A stretch of 64,000 nucleotides of DNA from Phoronis australis (lineage: Eukaryota; Animalia; Phoronida): contig NMRA01000175.1 of NCBI GenBank assembly GCA_002633005.1, forward strand, positions 85,432 to 149,431, in the 5' to 3' direction. Positions within the stretch are counted from its first letter, which is position 1. Every line of letters begins with the position of its first letter. Of the stretch, positions 24,780-37,500 are shown piece by piece. A program made the position numbers and the translations under genes. The notes under the pieces are model-generated. The model made no database searches. It was not told the DNA's origin and worked only from the letters and a program-made list of their open reading frames with translations.

Positions 24780-25479
24780 CAGTTCTGGTGATTGCAGAAC
24801 ATTTAGTTTGAAATGTATCTTACACATTCTTGCCAAAATGCCAACTATTTAAAAAATCCCAGTGAATTCGTTGATTTTCATGTTTTTGCATTAAGTAACA
24901 TTATGTTAATCCTCAACCTGCCATGGTGTCTGTACATAACTTGGAAGATAGGAACTAGACTACATTAAGGCTGTACTCCTGTGTATTATTGTATGAATAA
25001 TAGACGATCGATCGTGAAATACTTATATTTTGCAGGTTGCCATGCATTTCCAAGTACAGATCACAAAATATAGTCACACAAATAGAATAATTTAACATTG
25101 AGAAACAAGTCAACTGCAATTTAAACACCCAACCCATGGCTATTGTTTCGGTACATATATGAACTTCAGTGGCAAGCAATGTTTAGTTTCAAAACCTGTG
25201 TTGATGACAAAACGTATCGCAAGGGAAGAAGCTTAATATAGGTATTTTTGGGTTTATGGACCCATTTCAAACTTGCATCTTGGTGTTAAATTCACAATAT
25301 CCAAGTGGAAACTAAGCCCTTACATTTCCCAGGGCCTAAAAAATGGGTAGACAGGACATGGTGGCTAATAGTCACTGGTCCATGTGATCAGTCGTTGCTA
25401 TTTTGTAAAAGCTTCCCATTTCATTGTAATTACTGTCTGCGTCTTGAAAATGGCTGCACACGGGTTGAATCCTGGGGTC

Positions 25480-25569
25480 TCACTGAAATGAGTAGCTCGG
25501 GTTAGGCGTGGCCCCACACCACTGACCTATGAACTTGAGTACATCCTGGCACTCTGTACTGTGGGAGAC
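25480..25569 (-). CDS. IFT172: IFT172 exon 39 (terminal, TGA stop)
   Basis: [29 protein letters not shown]. Confidence 0.95.
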   Translation of the reverse strand, partial: VSHSTECQDVLKFIGQWCGATPNPSYSFQ

Positions 25570-28500
25570 CTGCAACAGAGGGAGTGACTGCATGGTTTAC
25601 AATGATTTTATATGAACACTTCAAAAGGTGTCCAAGAGAAAATATCAAACAAGATAATTACAATACTAATCAATGTCTCAGAATACCAGCATAAACACAT
25701 TTTTTCAAGGCTTAATAAATTACTGAATGATGCAAGTGCTTGAATTAGTCTACAATAAGTGTTTGATGACAGTTGTGCTGATTTCTGAACATTAATAGTG
25801 TTAAGCTAAACTTGTGAATTATGAGACCAAACTCGTATTTCTGTCTTGTGCCCGTAAGTCAACAAAAGAAGTTGCTCTTGAACTTCGTTGGACATGAATA
25901 TAATTAAGTGTTAGTACTCTCTTGCGTCGCGTAACTTTATGACTTCAAGACAAGGTTGGGTACCCACCAATGCTCCAACCTGAGATTAAAAATACTGCAT
26001 CCAATCCAGAATAATTCAGTGAAGTGCTGATTAATGATGGCAAAAATTAATTGGATTACTTCCAACCCATTCAATTACATGGTGAGTGATAGCATATTAT
26101 TATACTATTAATTCTGTAACAGCAATCACTGTCAATATGGCAATGAGCCAACAAGTCAGTTTTAGCTGGTATGGACCGTATAAACAAAGAGTACCTTGGT
26201 GGCCATAAGGAACTTATTCCAATCATCTTTGTTGGCTGCTTTACCCGGTCGCTTGAACTCTAGCTTGTTCCTGAGCACTGGGTAACCTGCAGAGGAATAA
26301 AACAAGTCAGCACTCACAAGACAGCAGCGAATTAAATATCAAAAGCGTCATTAATAGAATTAATCGATGTGCCATTTATTACTTTTTGCTTTACACAGTC
26401 ACTCTGCCAAATTAATTTTTAACGATAAGTGATCTAATTTCAATCAATGGGAAAGTCATCACGATTCCTATTATCACTCGCAGGCAAATCAGACGAGCTA
26501 TTTTTAACACGACACGGAAAAGTTGAAAAATGGGAAAGAAAGGTGTCGCAATATGCACGGAAGTGCATGCTAATTCTGGCTTACCTGTTATTACACAAGG
26601 TAGAGATCTGATGCCAGTGTGCGCTGCCACCAGCGAGGCCTCGTATGTGTCTCTCTCATCAGAAGGCAGCACTTGCTCCACCTTCTGGTCCATAGAGACA
26701 GCAAGCACCCACTCTTTTAGTTCCTCGTGCTGCGCCTCCTGGTGACATTGAAACACATTAGCACGACCACAACAACTGGGATGGCTAGTACAAAGTACAA
26801 GGATAACTCGGACACTACAGCCATGCCTGTTTTGAACAAGCATTTCCAGTAAACTGCACCTAGTCATAGACTAATTTTCACAGTTTCACACAAAAAACAA
26901 AATTGGTTACACCAACATCATATCACAAAAGATTGTCAAGATTGTGCAGCATTCAACTTACGCTCAGGTGTGGTTTTTCTGGCAGTGGGATCTCAAATGG
27001 AACATCTGTGTCATTGAAGTCGCTGTTGTCTATCATATCCAGAGAACCTTCCTCTATAGCCTGCGGTTGACAAGAAATAGTATATATCGTGAACTCAATT
27101 TGAGCAACTTGGACCATACATTAGGATTTCACAGACTTTGTAGGCACATACATGTCTACAGCTCCCTGCTTACAAAACTAAATGATAACAAAGATGTCAT
27201 GCTTCATCACAAGAATCTTGGTTAATAGCAATTCTCTAGTAAACCCCAATAAACTGAAATGGCCTCTGCCACTTAATGGCGATGCAGTTGGCAGATAAAT
27301 GCTCAGCACCATCAATTGTTCATGGGGCTGTGCTGAACTTGTTCACAAAAAATATTCAATGTCACAAAATGTCTGTGAAAGAAAGAAACTTAACATTTTA
27401 TGTCTATATCAACTTTGCCAGTCTTGCCGCCAGACTTGGAGTCAAACAGACTAGGCTGCTTTTATGACTGCTCAAAAATGAAGAGTTGTATGACAAGTGT
27501 TAAAGGAGAATGCCACCCGATTTAATTAGTCTTTTTTACTGTATTAATCGGTCTATATCCACATCGCCTCTTATACGGTCGATCTCACTTTGCCGAGAGG
27601 TGTCACGTTAACATGTGAGGAAGGTGAGAAACGACGCAGGTTCGTCTGCAGAGTGAATGCCGCTACATTGCGGTGCATCGTTCCTGCTTGTACGAACTAT
27701 TAAGCAGGGCTTGGAATGACCAATGACAAAAAACGCGGAAACTTTGAAACTTTAACGGCCCAAATCATTGCCCGATAACCAGCCTAGAACTGGTCAATGT
27801 GACAAAAATCGGGAGGACTAAANCGTCCTTTTAGCTCGCCCGTCTACTCCCAACCCACACATTTTTGGCTGCAGAGCGGTAGTATTTGTCACCGCGGTTA
27901 ACAATAACACGAGACGCCATTGAAAATCACACCACGCTATCCCAGATGCCCCGGCAATGTTGACAATTTACGTTCCTCCGAACATAAAGAGCAACTTCTG
28001 CTTTTCGAGGTGAACGTCGTCTGCTACGCCACGGTAAGAAAGGAATTTGCCGCGGAAATTTTATATCAAATCCGATTTTTTTACGCGGAAATATTATAAA
28101 AAAGCACATTTGAAAAAAGCGGAAATCCGCGTTTCCGCGGAAAATTCCAAGCCCTGATGAAGCTGCAAAGGAAGCGGGTATATTGTTTTTTCGACTTCCT
28201 CAAGAGCCCGAAATGCTTAGGAAGTGGCTCGCGGTAGTGAAGAGTGAAAGGTACGCTGTTAATAGCAAGTATGAGGCCGTGAAACATCTCCGTGTCTGTG
28301 GCCGACATTTCGTTGACAGCGACTTCTCTGGCAAATTCCGGCTTACCAAAGAACTATCCATACGTTCTGTTGCCTGTTCATGTTCATGGCGCCTCTCTCG
28401 TATTTCTTGTTCGGTGTATTCCTGTTCGAACTGATAGCCTGTGAAACTAACGATCCGACCCATGAAGTCTTTGTCGGATGAGCTCTTGACTAAGTTGGGA

Positions 28501-31500
28501 TTGGCGCCGGGCGAGTTGGCATGTAGATGTTTATTATTCTGCGTTCTGTTACAAAATGAATTATTCTCATCCTAACCAATGCTCATATAAAACTGAAACA
28601 AAGTCTGTCTCATAAGATACAATTTGTAATGCCTTTGCAGTATTCATGAGTGCAAATGTTGAGAAGCCAGCAATGAGTAAACCACTGCGTTAGCGGCTTT
28701 TGATCCCGTCAACAAAGGTAACTGACCAGGCGCTGAGGCCGTGTGAGCATATGCTAATTTAGTGTTTGCTGACAGAAAGCTGTTGTGAAACAATTACTCG
28801 ATTTTATATGCTGTGGTCACATATTAGGAGAATCTTTATTTAATACAAATACATTCAAATCATTGTTACTGTACAACCTTTGCCCTGACGGTCTGTGGAA
28901 GGGAAACCCGACTTCGCAGCCCCCCACAAGTAAGTAGATTTTCAGTTTCGTGGCTAATTCACATAATTACATGCACATTATTTCTTTGGCTCACTATTAT
29001 AGTCTTTTCGTGACTGGAGGTTTAGTTTCCAACTCGAGCTGGTATATGTTTGTGCCAGTCTCGGCGGCTGCGACAGGCCTCATCAGGTTCCGAGCCACTG
29101 GCCGGGATAACAAGTCAGTCCAGCCACGACTGGCCTGATCGGGTTCCAAGACACTGGCTGGGATAACGAGTCGGTCCAGCCGCGACTGGCCTGATCGGGT
29201 TCCGAGCCACTGGCCGGGATAACGAGCGTTTTGTGTGTTTAGAACTCAAAAAATCACAAGTCTAAACAACACAGATTTAGGTTCTCCTGTCTGTATTTCA
29301 CGGAAGAATACTTCGATTTTATCTCTGAACAGACCCCAACTTCCTGCTACGGACCTTGGCCTGCCAAACTTTGTAGGCTACAGTGTGTCCAAATACCAAT
29401 AAATCCGTAACAGCGAAATAAAACAAAAAAATTTTTATTAGAACTCTGTGTATTTTTAAGGGTTTTTCATCAAAGTTTGATCATGATATATTGGTGTTAA
29501 ACGATGAATTCATGCAATAAGCAGACACCAGTATCCCGTGTTATGAACTGCTGAACAGACTGCGTGTGAAACCAACGATGTCATTGGATAATTTCAACAC
29601 CTCCGTCTGCCGTCAGGAGTTGGGTAACGCAACTGAACGTGCTGTTATCGAGTAGAACTACTCAATCTAAACTGAAACAAAATAGGTTGTTTTGTGGGTG
29701 GCATTCTCCTTTAACTATTCAGACACGTATCAGTTACTGTTATTCACAAAAGAGTCTCACCTCAACAAGGTCCAGATATCGGTTAAGGAATACAAACGCC
29801 ATGTTCTCCCAGCCCACTTGCTGTAATAGAAAGACTTCATGTCACAACCATGGAAAATAACAGAGAGCTTCAGTTGAAATTACAAATTAAACAGAAACAT
29901 TTACTCTTCCAGTGTTATTTGCTAACGTCAAGGAACAGGAACAATATTCAACAACAAAATGTTTGGAATGTGTACATCGCAGGACTGTGTGATAGTTATC
30001 TAATTCAAAAGTAACCAGTTTTAACATTTAAATAAAAAATGATAACAGATTAATGCAAAATGGTTTCAGTTTTATTGGCAAATGGAACTTATGAAATTTA
30101 TTTATTTATTATTGTGATATTTAAAATGAGGGTGGCCTCTTCAGTGATAGCACTGCTTTCCAAGAGGGCCCTCTGCCTACTTTGCACATCAAGCCTGCTT
30201 CGTAGAACGCCTTGTCGGGTGGAATGATGTCAGTATGGCGGAGAAGGGAAACCGAGAGTTTAGCAGCAACGCCCTCTAGTGACTTGTGCGACATAGCTGC
30301 CGAGCGCACCGAGTAGTAATGTGCAATGAGCAGCATGTTCTCAAACTCTTCATGTTGAGGTGAGTTGACATCTGACGACTTCTCTAAATTGGAGCACTGA
30401 AATAGGAAGCACACTTAAGGATTGTCCAGAGTGATCTACATCTTCAAAGGGTGATGTGCTACTCCCCCTCCCCCTATTAAGATGACTTCCACAATGGTGA
30501 TGCCCTTTGTCTCATCAACAATTTCCACTAACATATTCTAAAACAATTTCAAAAGCATAGACCAGCTGGCAGCGCCGTATATTAAAAATGTTGACCGTTA
30601 TGGACAAATGGAAAAAAGCTCTTTAGGTTGAAGACAAATGGCAATCATTGACATTACCTACCAATACAAGTTATGTGCATGGACATGCAATGCCTCGATC
30701 GTCCAGAATACATGTTTCACATTACAGTGTTGTTTGCTGTGCTATTACGTGCAGTATACTCTATGATTTACTACAAACACGTTTCAACTACGTTTGAACG
30801 CACCAGCCAACATACAGTAATATAGTAGAGATAATGAAAGATGACCTGGTCTTTTGTCTTGTTTTACAAGATGCTGAAAATATTCAGATCTCCCTGTATC
30901 TCACAATTAAAACATTGTTGTCCATTTCCCATACCAGATCAAAAAGCATGTCCCTAAGGTCCGCCCAAACCCTGAATGCCTCCGGTCTCCTCAGGTCAGG
31001 CTGATTCAAGATGTCGCTGACGATACGCTTGTAGATGTTGAAGTTCTGTGAACTAGCCGGTGTACCGTGCTTGACGTAGAGATCCATGGCGGCCTCGCAC
31101 TTCCCCTCCTTGATGAGATGAGTGGCGTACAGCGCCACGTACTTGTGGATCAGTTTGAAGTTCTGTAACAAACGCAAGGTTGGACATATTTGTGAATCAG
31201 TATTCTGTATACTATATTGGTTGGATCAATAGCACTAAGAGGTCAAATTAAAAAAATCAACCAAGGCAGTTGGTTGGGCCTTAAACAAGCTTACTGAAAT
31301 CAATATCAATTGTTCACTGTGGCAACAGTGCCACAGCAAGGTTATCTTACAGGACAGCAAGTCCTTGATACCATCCGCTTTAATTCATTTGGTTATTAAC
31401 CCATAGTGAGATTGCCTAAGGGTACAGCCAGCCTTTGACACCATCCACTACAATCTTACCCCACAGCAATGTCACCTGACAGGACGGTCCACCCCTGACA

Positions 31501-34500
31501 CCATCCAGATTAACCTTACCTGTTGAGCGACAGCCGTCTCTATACACTTGTCCCACTGACCTCTCTCCACATAGAGGTCGAGTGCACTCATCACATCCAC
31601 GCCGGCCAGCTGTAAGTGGAATACATGTAATGAGAACAAGGGAAATTGTTATTATCTGTACATACAATGCACAGCTGGCGTACCATTCTGTTACTTGTAG
31701 TTCGATACAGTGCAGAACTAGGGGAGGAAGTGTCACTACAGTACAAGACAAAAGTAATCGAGCAAAATACTATTTCCCATCATGACGGCTAATTGTGTTA
31801 ACAACAAAAGACTGGTAATGACTATTGTTGCAGCAGACATATTAATACAGAATGGCTCAGCCACCCTCCTGACTTTCTCCCAATTCTCCGTCGTGAGGGA
31901 AGGCTACTCTCGACGATGAATATGGCTTCTGCCCCACCGTCATGACAGGGAATTCTGAGTCATTTTGTCTAATTACTCTTGGCCTGTACTGTACCTCAAT
32001 CTGGTCCAGTATCATGAGTTTGGTGATTCATTGCATGAACCACGGAGGTGTTAACTTGTCTGACAATTACTATTGCTGACAAAGTATTCTACTTTAATAA
32101 CGATATGCTTGTTTATACTCTTTACCTAAGTTACCCCATGACAACATTTTGAGAAATTGTGGTAATTCTTGAAGCCTTTCATTACAGGATTATGATGTCT
32201 GACCATCCGTTGACATAACATAGCATGTGGAGCCACTTGGCATTAAATCGAGCGAGGATTCTACTAATTATGTAAGTAACAAGTTAGAGAACATGCCAGG
32301 TCTTATATACCAATAACATGCGGAGGTCAAGACACGTCAACACTGTACTTACAGCCTCAGCCTTGCCTTGGTTCTTCAAGTATTCTTTGTATTTTTCATC
32401 TACATATGGCTCATATCTGAAAAGCAATCGGGTTGTGTTACAGAGTGAATTCTGGCAAAACCAGAAAAATTTGCATCTTTCATTGAATCAGTGCTCGACG
32501 ATAGAGGGGTTTTTTTTGTCAGAGGTTTGTTTACAAAAACATGTGCTATCAAATAACGTCACATCATATAGTTACTTTTCAAGAAGTAACTAGTCAATAT
32601 AGCACACACCAATCTTTTCTCAAAAGCGACTTCTTTTGTTGGTCAGTTTTATTATAAAATCCCGACACATGGTCCAAAGGACATTTATTCCAAAACCACA
32701 CAAGTCAGTCCGAACGTAGTGACCACACTAACTCTACCATCTGATCTCAATTCAGTAAATGTCACAAGTCCATCTTCCACCCTTTCACATTTTGGCTCGT
32801 GCTTCCCAAGTCCCACCCTCACTGACTCGCACCCCAGGGGTACGTTTCATCAAATGCTTAAACGGTCATAGGCATGTTACTGCAAATGCAATGCTTCGTT
32901 TTTTTATAAAGGGTGAAACCTTGCAACTGTTGATATTTTTTCAAATTCACGCTTAATGACTGCCTTCATGAGCTGTGTTAATGAACCATGTAGTAACTAA
33001 CGATTTAGCTGAGACCGGAGTTACGACCTTTTATAAAACAGACCCCGATTTCTTCATCGCATTTATCCCTATGTTCCACTCCTCCCTTCCCACTAAGACT
33101 ACATCAGTCCCAATCCCCAACCCCTCCCTTGCTCAATCCCTCTTCATCATCTCCCTTCTGCCATGTTCACCTCGACCCCAGCAGTTTTGTGACAAAATTT
33201 TCTTCATCTATTTACACCCCTCCATGAGCACCACACCCCATCACCAACACCCAACACGTGCCGTACTCTACCCAACCCATGTACTACCCCTCACTCACCT
33301 GGGCTCTAGTTCTTTTGCCACTTTCTTTGCTTTATTCCACTCCTCACCCTCCATAAATGCATCAATCGCCTCCTTAATCATATCGACACTGAGGAAGATT
33401 TCCGCAGCCTGGCAATGAAAAATCACGTCGCGTAAAGTACGTAATAGAACAAAAATAAACGACATCCTTTTGTTATTCCCAGATATGACTTTTGTCGATA
33501 CAAACTCAGCTATCCTCGCCAATGTCAAACCATTTTGAAACCTACAAAAAATCCTTTATGGTGGTGTGACCAAATATCAGCACATAGCTATAAGGACATC
33601 ATACCTTGTAAGTTAGGTGTTCAAAATGAGAGTTATCAGGGCTTGGAATGACCAATGACAAAAAACGCGGAAACTTTTACAGCCCAAATCGTGCCCGATA
33701 ACCAGCCTTTGAAATGTTCAATGTGAACCTTTCCGCGACAAAAAAAAAAAAACGTTACCACCATCAGTAGCATGCGTCTGCGTCCTTTTCGCTCGCCCGT
33801 GCACTCCCAACCCACACAAATTTGGCTGCAGAGCGGTAGTATTTGTCGCCGCGCTTAACAATAACACGAGCCGCCATTGAAAATCACACCACGCTTTACC
33901 CAGATGCCCCGGCAATGTTGACAATTTACGTTCCTCCGAAACATAAAGACTTCTGCTTTCCGAGGTGAACGTCGTCTGCAAGGCCGCGGTAAGAAAGGAA
34001 TTTGCCGCGGAAATTTCGTATCAAATCCGATTTTTTTACGCGGAAATATTATAAAAAAAGCGGAAAGCACATTTCAAAAAAGCGGAAATCCGCGTTTCCG
34101 CGGAAAATTCCAAGCCCTGTGTTATAGTCTTCTTACACCATCACAGCATGGTAGTGTTCTTGATGTTATTTTTAAAATAATGTAATCTGGTAACTATTTC
34201 CATTGCTGCATAAACCAAATACTCACAGCGTTATATTTCTGTATCTCAACCAGCCTGGGACCCACAATCTGGACAACTTCAGCTGCTTTGTCAGCTCCCA
34301 GGAACTTGGCTGCCAGGCCACCAGCCTAAACACAACAGTGATTGGTTAAGAAGAGTGAGGGAGACAATTCCAATCATGCTAACCAGGTACAGTACTGCAG
34401 CAGCACTAGACTGACCACTAAAAGTTTAACACCATAGTCTGTTAAGACTATAGAAACAGTCATTTGAATTATATTTGTCCATTATTTAACAGTCATCACG

Positions 34501-37500
34501 GCAACACGTTAACATGCTTAAATTTAAATAAAATGACAGTACTTACCAGACGAGTGTGCCAAACAACATTGACTTCAAGGCCAAGTGTCTCATACGAAAA
34601 GCCATATTACAAATCATGGCCACTGCAGCCTTTGACCCCATGAGTAATGCACTCTATGTCGTATTTCAACCTCCAATTGCCAAGCATGTCTACAGAATAA
34701 CAGGACGGATAACGCAAGATGGTACTGTTTCACTAACCTTGACCCAGCACTTCTCCAGCACGTTGTTATCACTTGTCACTCTAGAGGTGACCTTAACGTA
34801 ACAGTCAATGGCGCGCACGTACTCGCCTGATGACTCCCACTCTTTTGCTTGTTGTATCAGTGTCTCTGCACCCCTGAAAAGGAACAGATAGTATGACATA
34901 GGGTAACACATATTATAACGCTTTAAACAGAAAAAACACATTCAAATGCTTAAAGCTATATTGAGTGGTGTTTCGGTAATGTCACTATTACTTGGAACAT
35001 CCTTTTAATCTTGCGATGGTCACAAAAATGGAGTCAAGAAATCCGGCAAATTTATAGTCATACTGTGGTTGGAATGAAGCACATTAAGTGCTGCTATTTT
35101 TTGGCATGAGAAATGGCTTCATCCTTATTTTATCAAACTTTGAAGTTGGCCACTTTTGACCCGCCGACGTAGCGCTCAGTATAACGTCAATTCCCCATTA
35201 GAAAGTATGAAAACATTTTTTGGAGCATTATAATTTTCTTGGTAAATACGACCACCATTCTAAAGTTAACGTTAATCAGAAATGACTTGCTCTGAAGCTT
35301 GTGCACAGAGAAAAACTATAAACACCACAATATGTGGAAGATAAATCTCTTATGTACTCAGATGGAGATTAAGAAGTAAGACTGGTGCCTTCAGGTGAGG
35401 TCTCACAGCAGACACACGGCCTCAACATGACAATCATTTACCACCACATTGGAAAATAGCATTACTTGGTAATTGTTCACAAATAAGGAAACATTTTTCT
35501 CACACCACCAAAACGAGACTGAAGCTGTATAAAATTACAAAGGAGTCTTTGCAGCAAAAAGCGACTCCATACGACAGAACTACTTACTTTGATGACTTGG
35601 TAGTCATTTCGCGATCGTACTCGTCCTGGAGAGCCTGTAGTTTGTGTGGCGTGTACTCCTTACACACACGAAGAGCGTCCTGCCACATGCCTGCCTCCTA
35701 GAAGTCAAAAGGGAACACAAACAGCAAATGATTATTGATACCAAAATAGGTACAGTACAAGCCAAAAGTATATCAGACAAAAAGACACAGAATTCCCAGT
35801 CATGGTGGCTGTTCAGAGGCCAAATTCATGGTCAGAGTAGTCTTCCCTCATGACCTATCACCAGGATTTTGAGTGACGGCTTAACTGACCAATCAGAATG
35901 CAGCACTCTTGACACATCTTCGTTTCCAAGCCACCATTTTACTCGAAAAATAACAAATTGTCGAGTAAAACTTATCATTTGTTTGTCAGGTGTCACGTGA
36001 CTTTTCGCAAGGGGGCGGGGCTTGCAACAGGTCAATTTACAGGACAGTTAGCAAGGTGGCTAAGTCATTATGTAATTGGAATTTTGCCAGCTTAATAGTT
36101 ATTACCAATCATTTTTGCCCTTAACAAATTAGGTGCTATGACGGGGAAATGGTATTTTGTCATAATACTTTTACCTTGTACTGTACTCTTAAACTACAGA
36201 ACGCAAACAGACACGAATCGTGTGCATCTAATCCTGAGCTGTAGCAGGGGAAGGGACGAAGAAAACACACATTAAATAGATCAGCGGCCTGGGTGATAAT
36301 TTTGAAAGCTTAGAAAAGTATTTCATTACCACAACAAATAGTTACATTTCATATATTATACTAGTATAATTCTTACAACAGTTGTATTAATAGTTGCTGT
36401 ATTTACGTAGTCCTGGAGCTAAGTTTTTTACAAGTTAAAGCTTATACCAAAAAGCCACGAGTCAATTCAGATATGACCACAGAACAGAGTATGATTGAGC
36501 AATTCTGTAGGCTCTCTTATAATTCTTCTTTATTTCAGAATAATTCTCAAGAAGACGGGATATCTTCATAGTGATCTGAAAGGAAATTGCCAAACACAGT
36601 CATGGGAACAATAGCTTGTCTTGACACGAAAAGGAACGAGTACACCTGGCCCCCCAGTGTGTTTAGCACCAGACATTTGAGTGCCTCCTTTACACTATGT
36701 AGCATTTAGTTAAATAATTCCAGTGGCCGTACCTTGTAGTATCGTATAGCCAGCTCCGGTCGCTGCGCCCTTAGTAGGAATGACTCCGCCTTCTGGTAGT
36801 CCTTTTCGTCAAACGAGAACCTAGCTTGGCCAACCAGCACGTCTGACACAGAATCTGGGTCATGTTCTTCCGCCACTCGCTGTGCTGCGTCCCAGTTTTG
36901 GTTGTGAACGTACCTGTACAAAAGGTGGAAAAAACGAGGGTACAATAAACCGTCTTACAATTTGACAACAATGGCTTTAGAAACTGAAGAAAATACTTCT
37001 GGTTTCATAGCATTAAACCAGCTTTAAATCAACGTTTCATCCAAGCAGCGAACTTTTGATAAACACCACTTACCGGAATGGAAGCAGTCTCAATTACTAG
37101 GAGAGAAATGAATTCAGAGTTTGGAAAGAACTGCCACTTCATTGTCTCTTAAGACCAGGCTCAGTGCATAACATTAAACACCTGCTTCTAAGAGAAAATT
37201 TTAAATCCTTTACTCAAACACATTTAAGACTATGAATTCAATGTGAGAGTCCACTCACATAAGCACAGCCTCCTTGGGTTTGCTGGCCTTGATGAATGCA
37301 GCCTCGGCCTCGGCAAACTTGCCCTCATCCTCTAGGTACATAGCATGCTTCAGGTGGATGTCTGGCATCTTGTTCTTCATGGCAGTACGGGCCAGGTCAT
37401 AGGCAAAGTCAAAGGCACTAGGGACACATGGAACATGAAGATGTTATATGCAGATGTAAAGCTTAATCTGACCAATTGCAGTTTCCCAATCAGGACAGGT

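Larger units (their letters stand above)
27504..29710 (+). mobile_element. Kolobok-like DNA transposon (non-autonomous derivative) in IFT172 intron 35
   Basis: Perfect 15-bp TIRs AGGAGAATGCCACCC / GGGTGGCATTCTCCT, TTAA on both sides (27500-27503, 29711-29714), RR..YY termini and an internal THAP relic. These are the Kolobok hallmarks. Confidence 0.8.

Noticed and set aside
27823-27823. Single N base
   Set aside because: Assembly ambiguity inside the MITE, not biological
28183-28434. Functional host THAP gene nested in IFT172
   Set aside because: The N-terminal Cys pair is separated by a MITE, the start is out of frame, and it lies within transposon TIRs
33718-34070. ORFs resembling 27927-28308 (apparent gene duplication)
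   Set aside because: Similarity comes from two copies of a non-coding MITE
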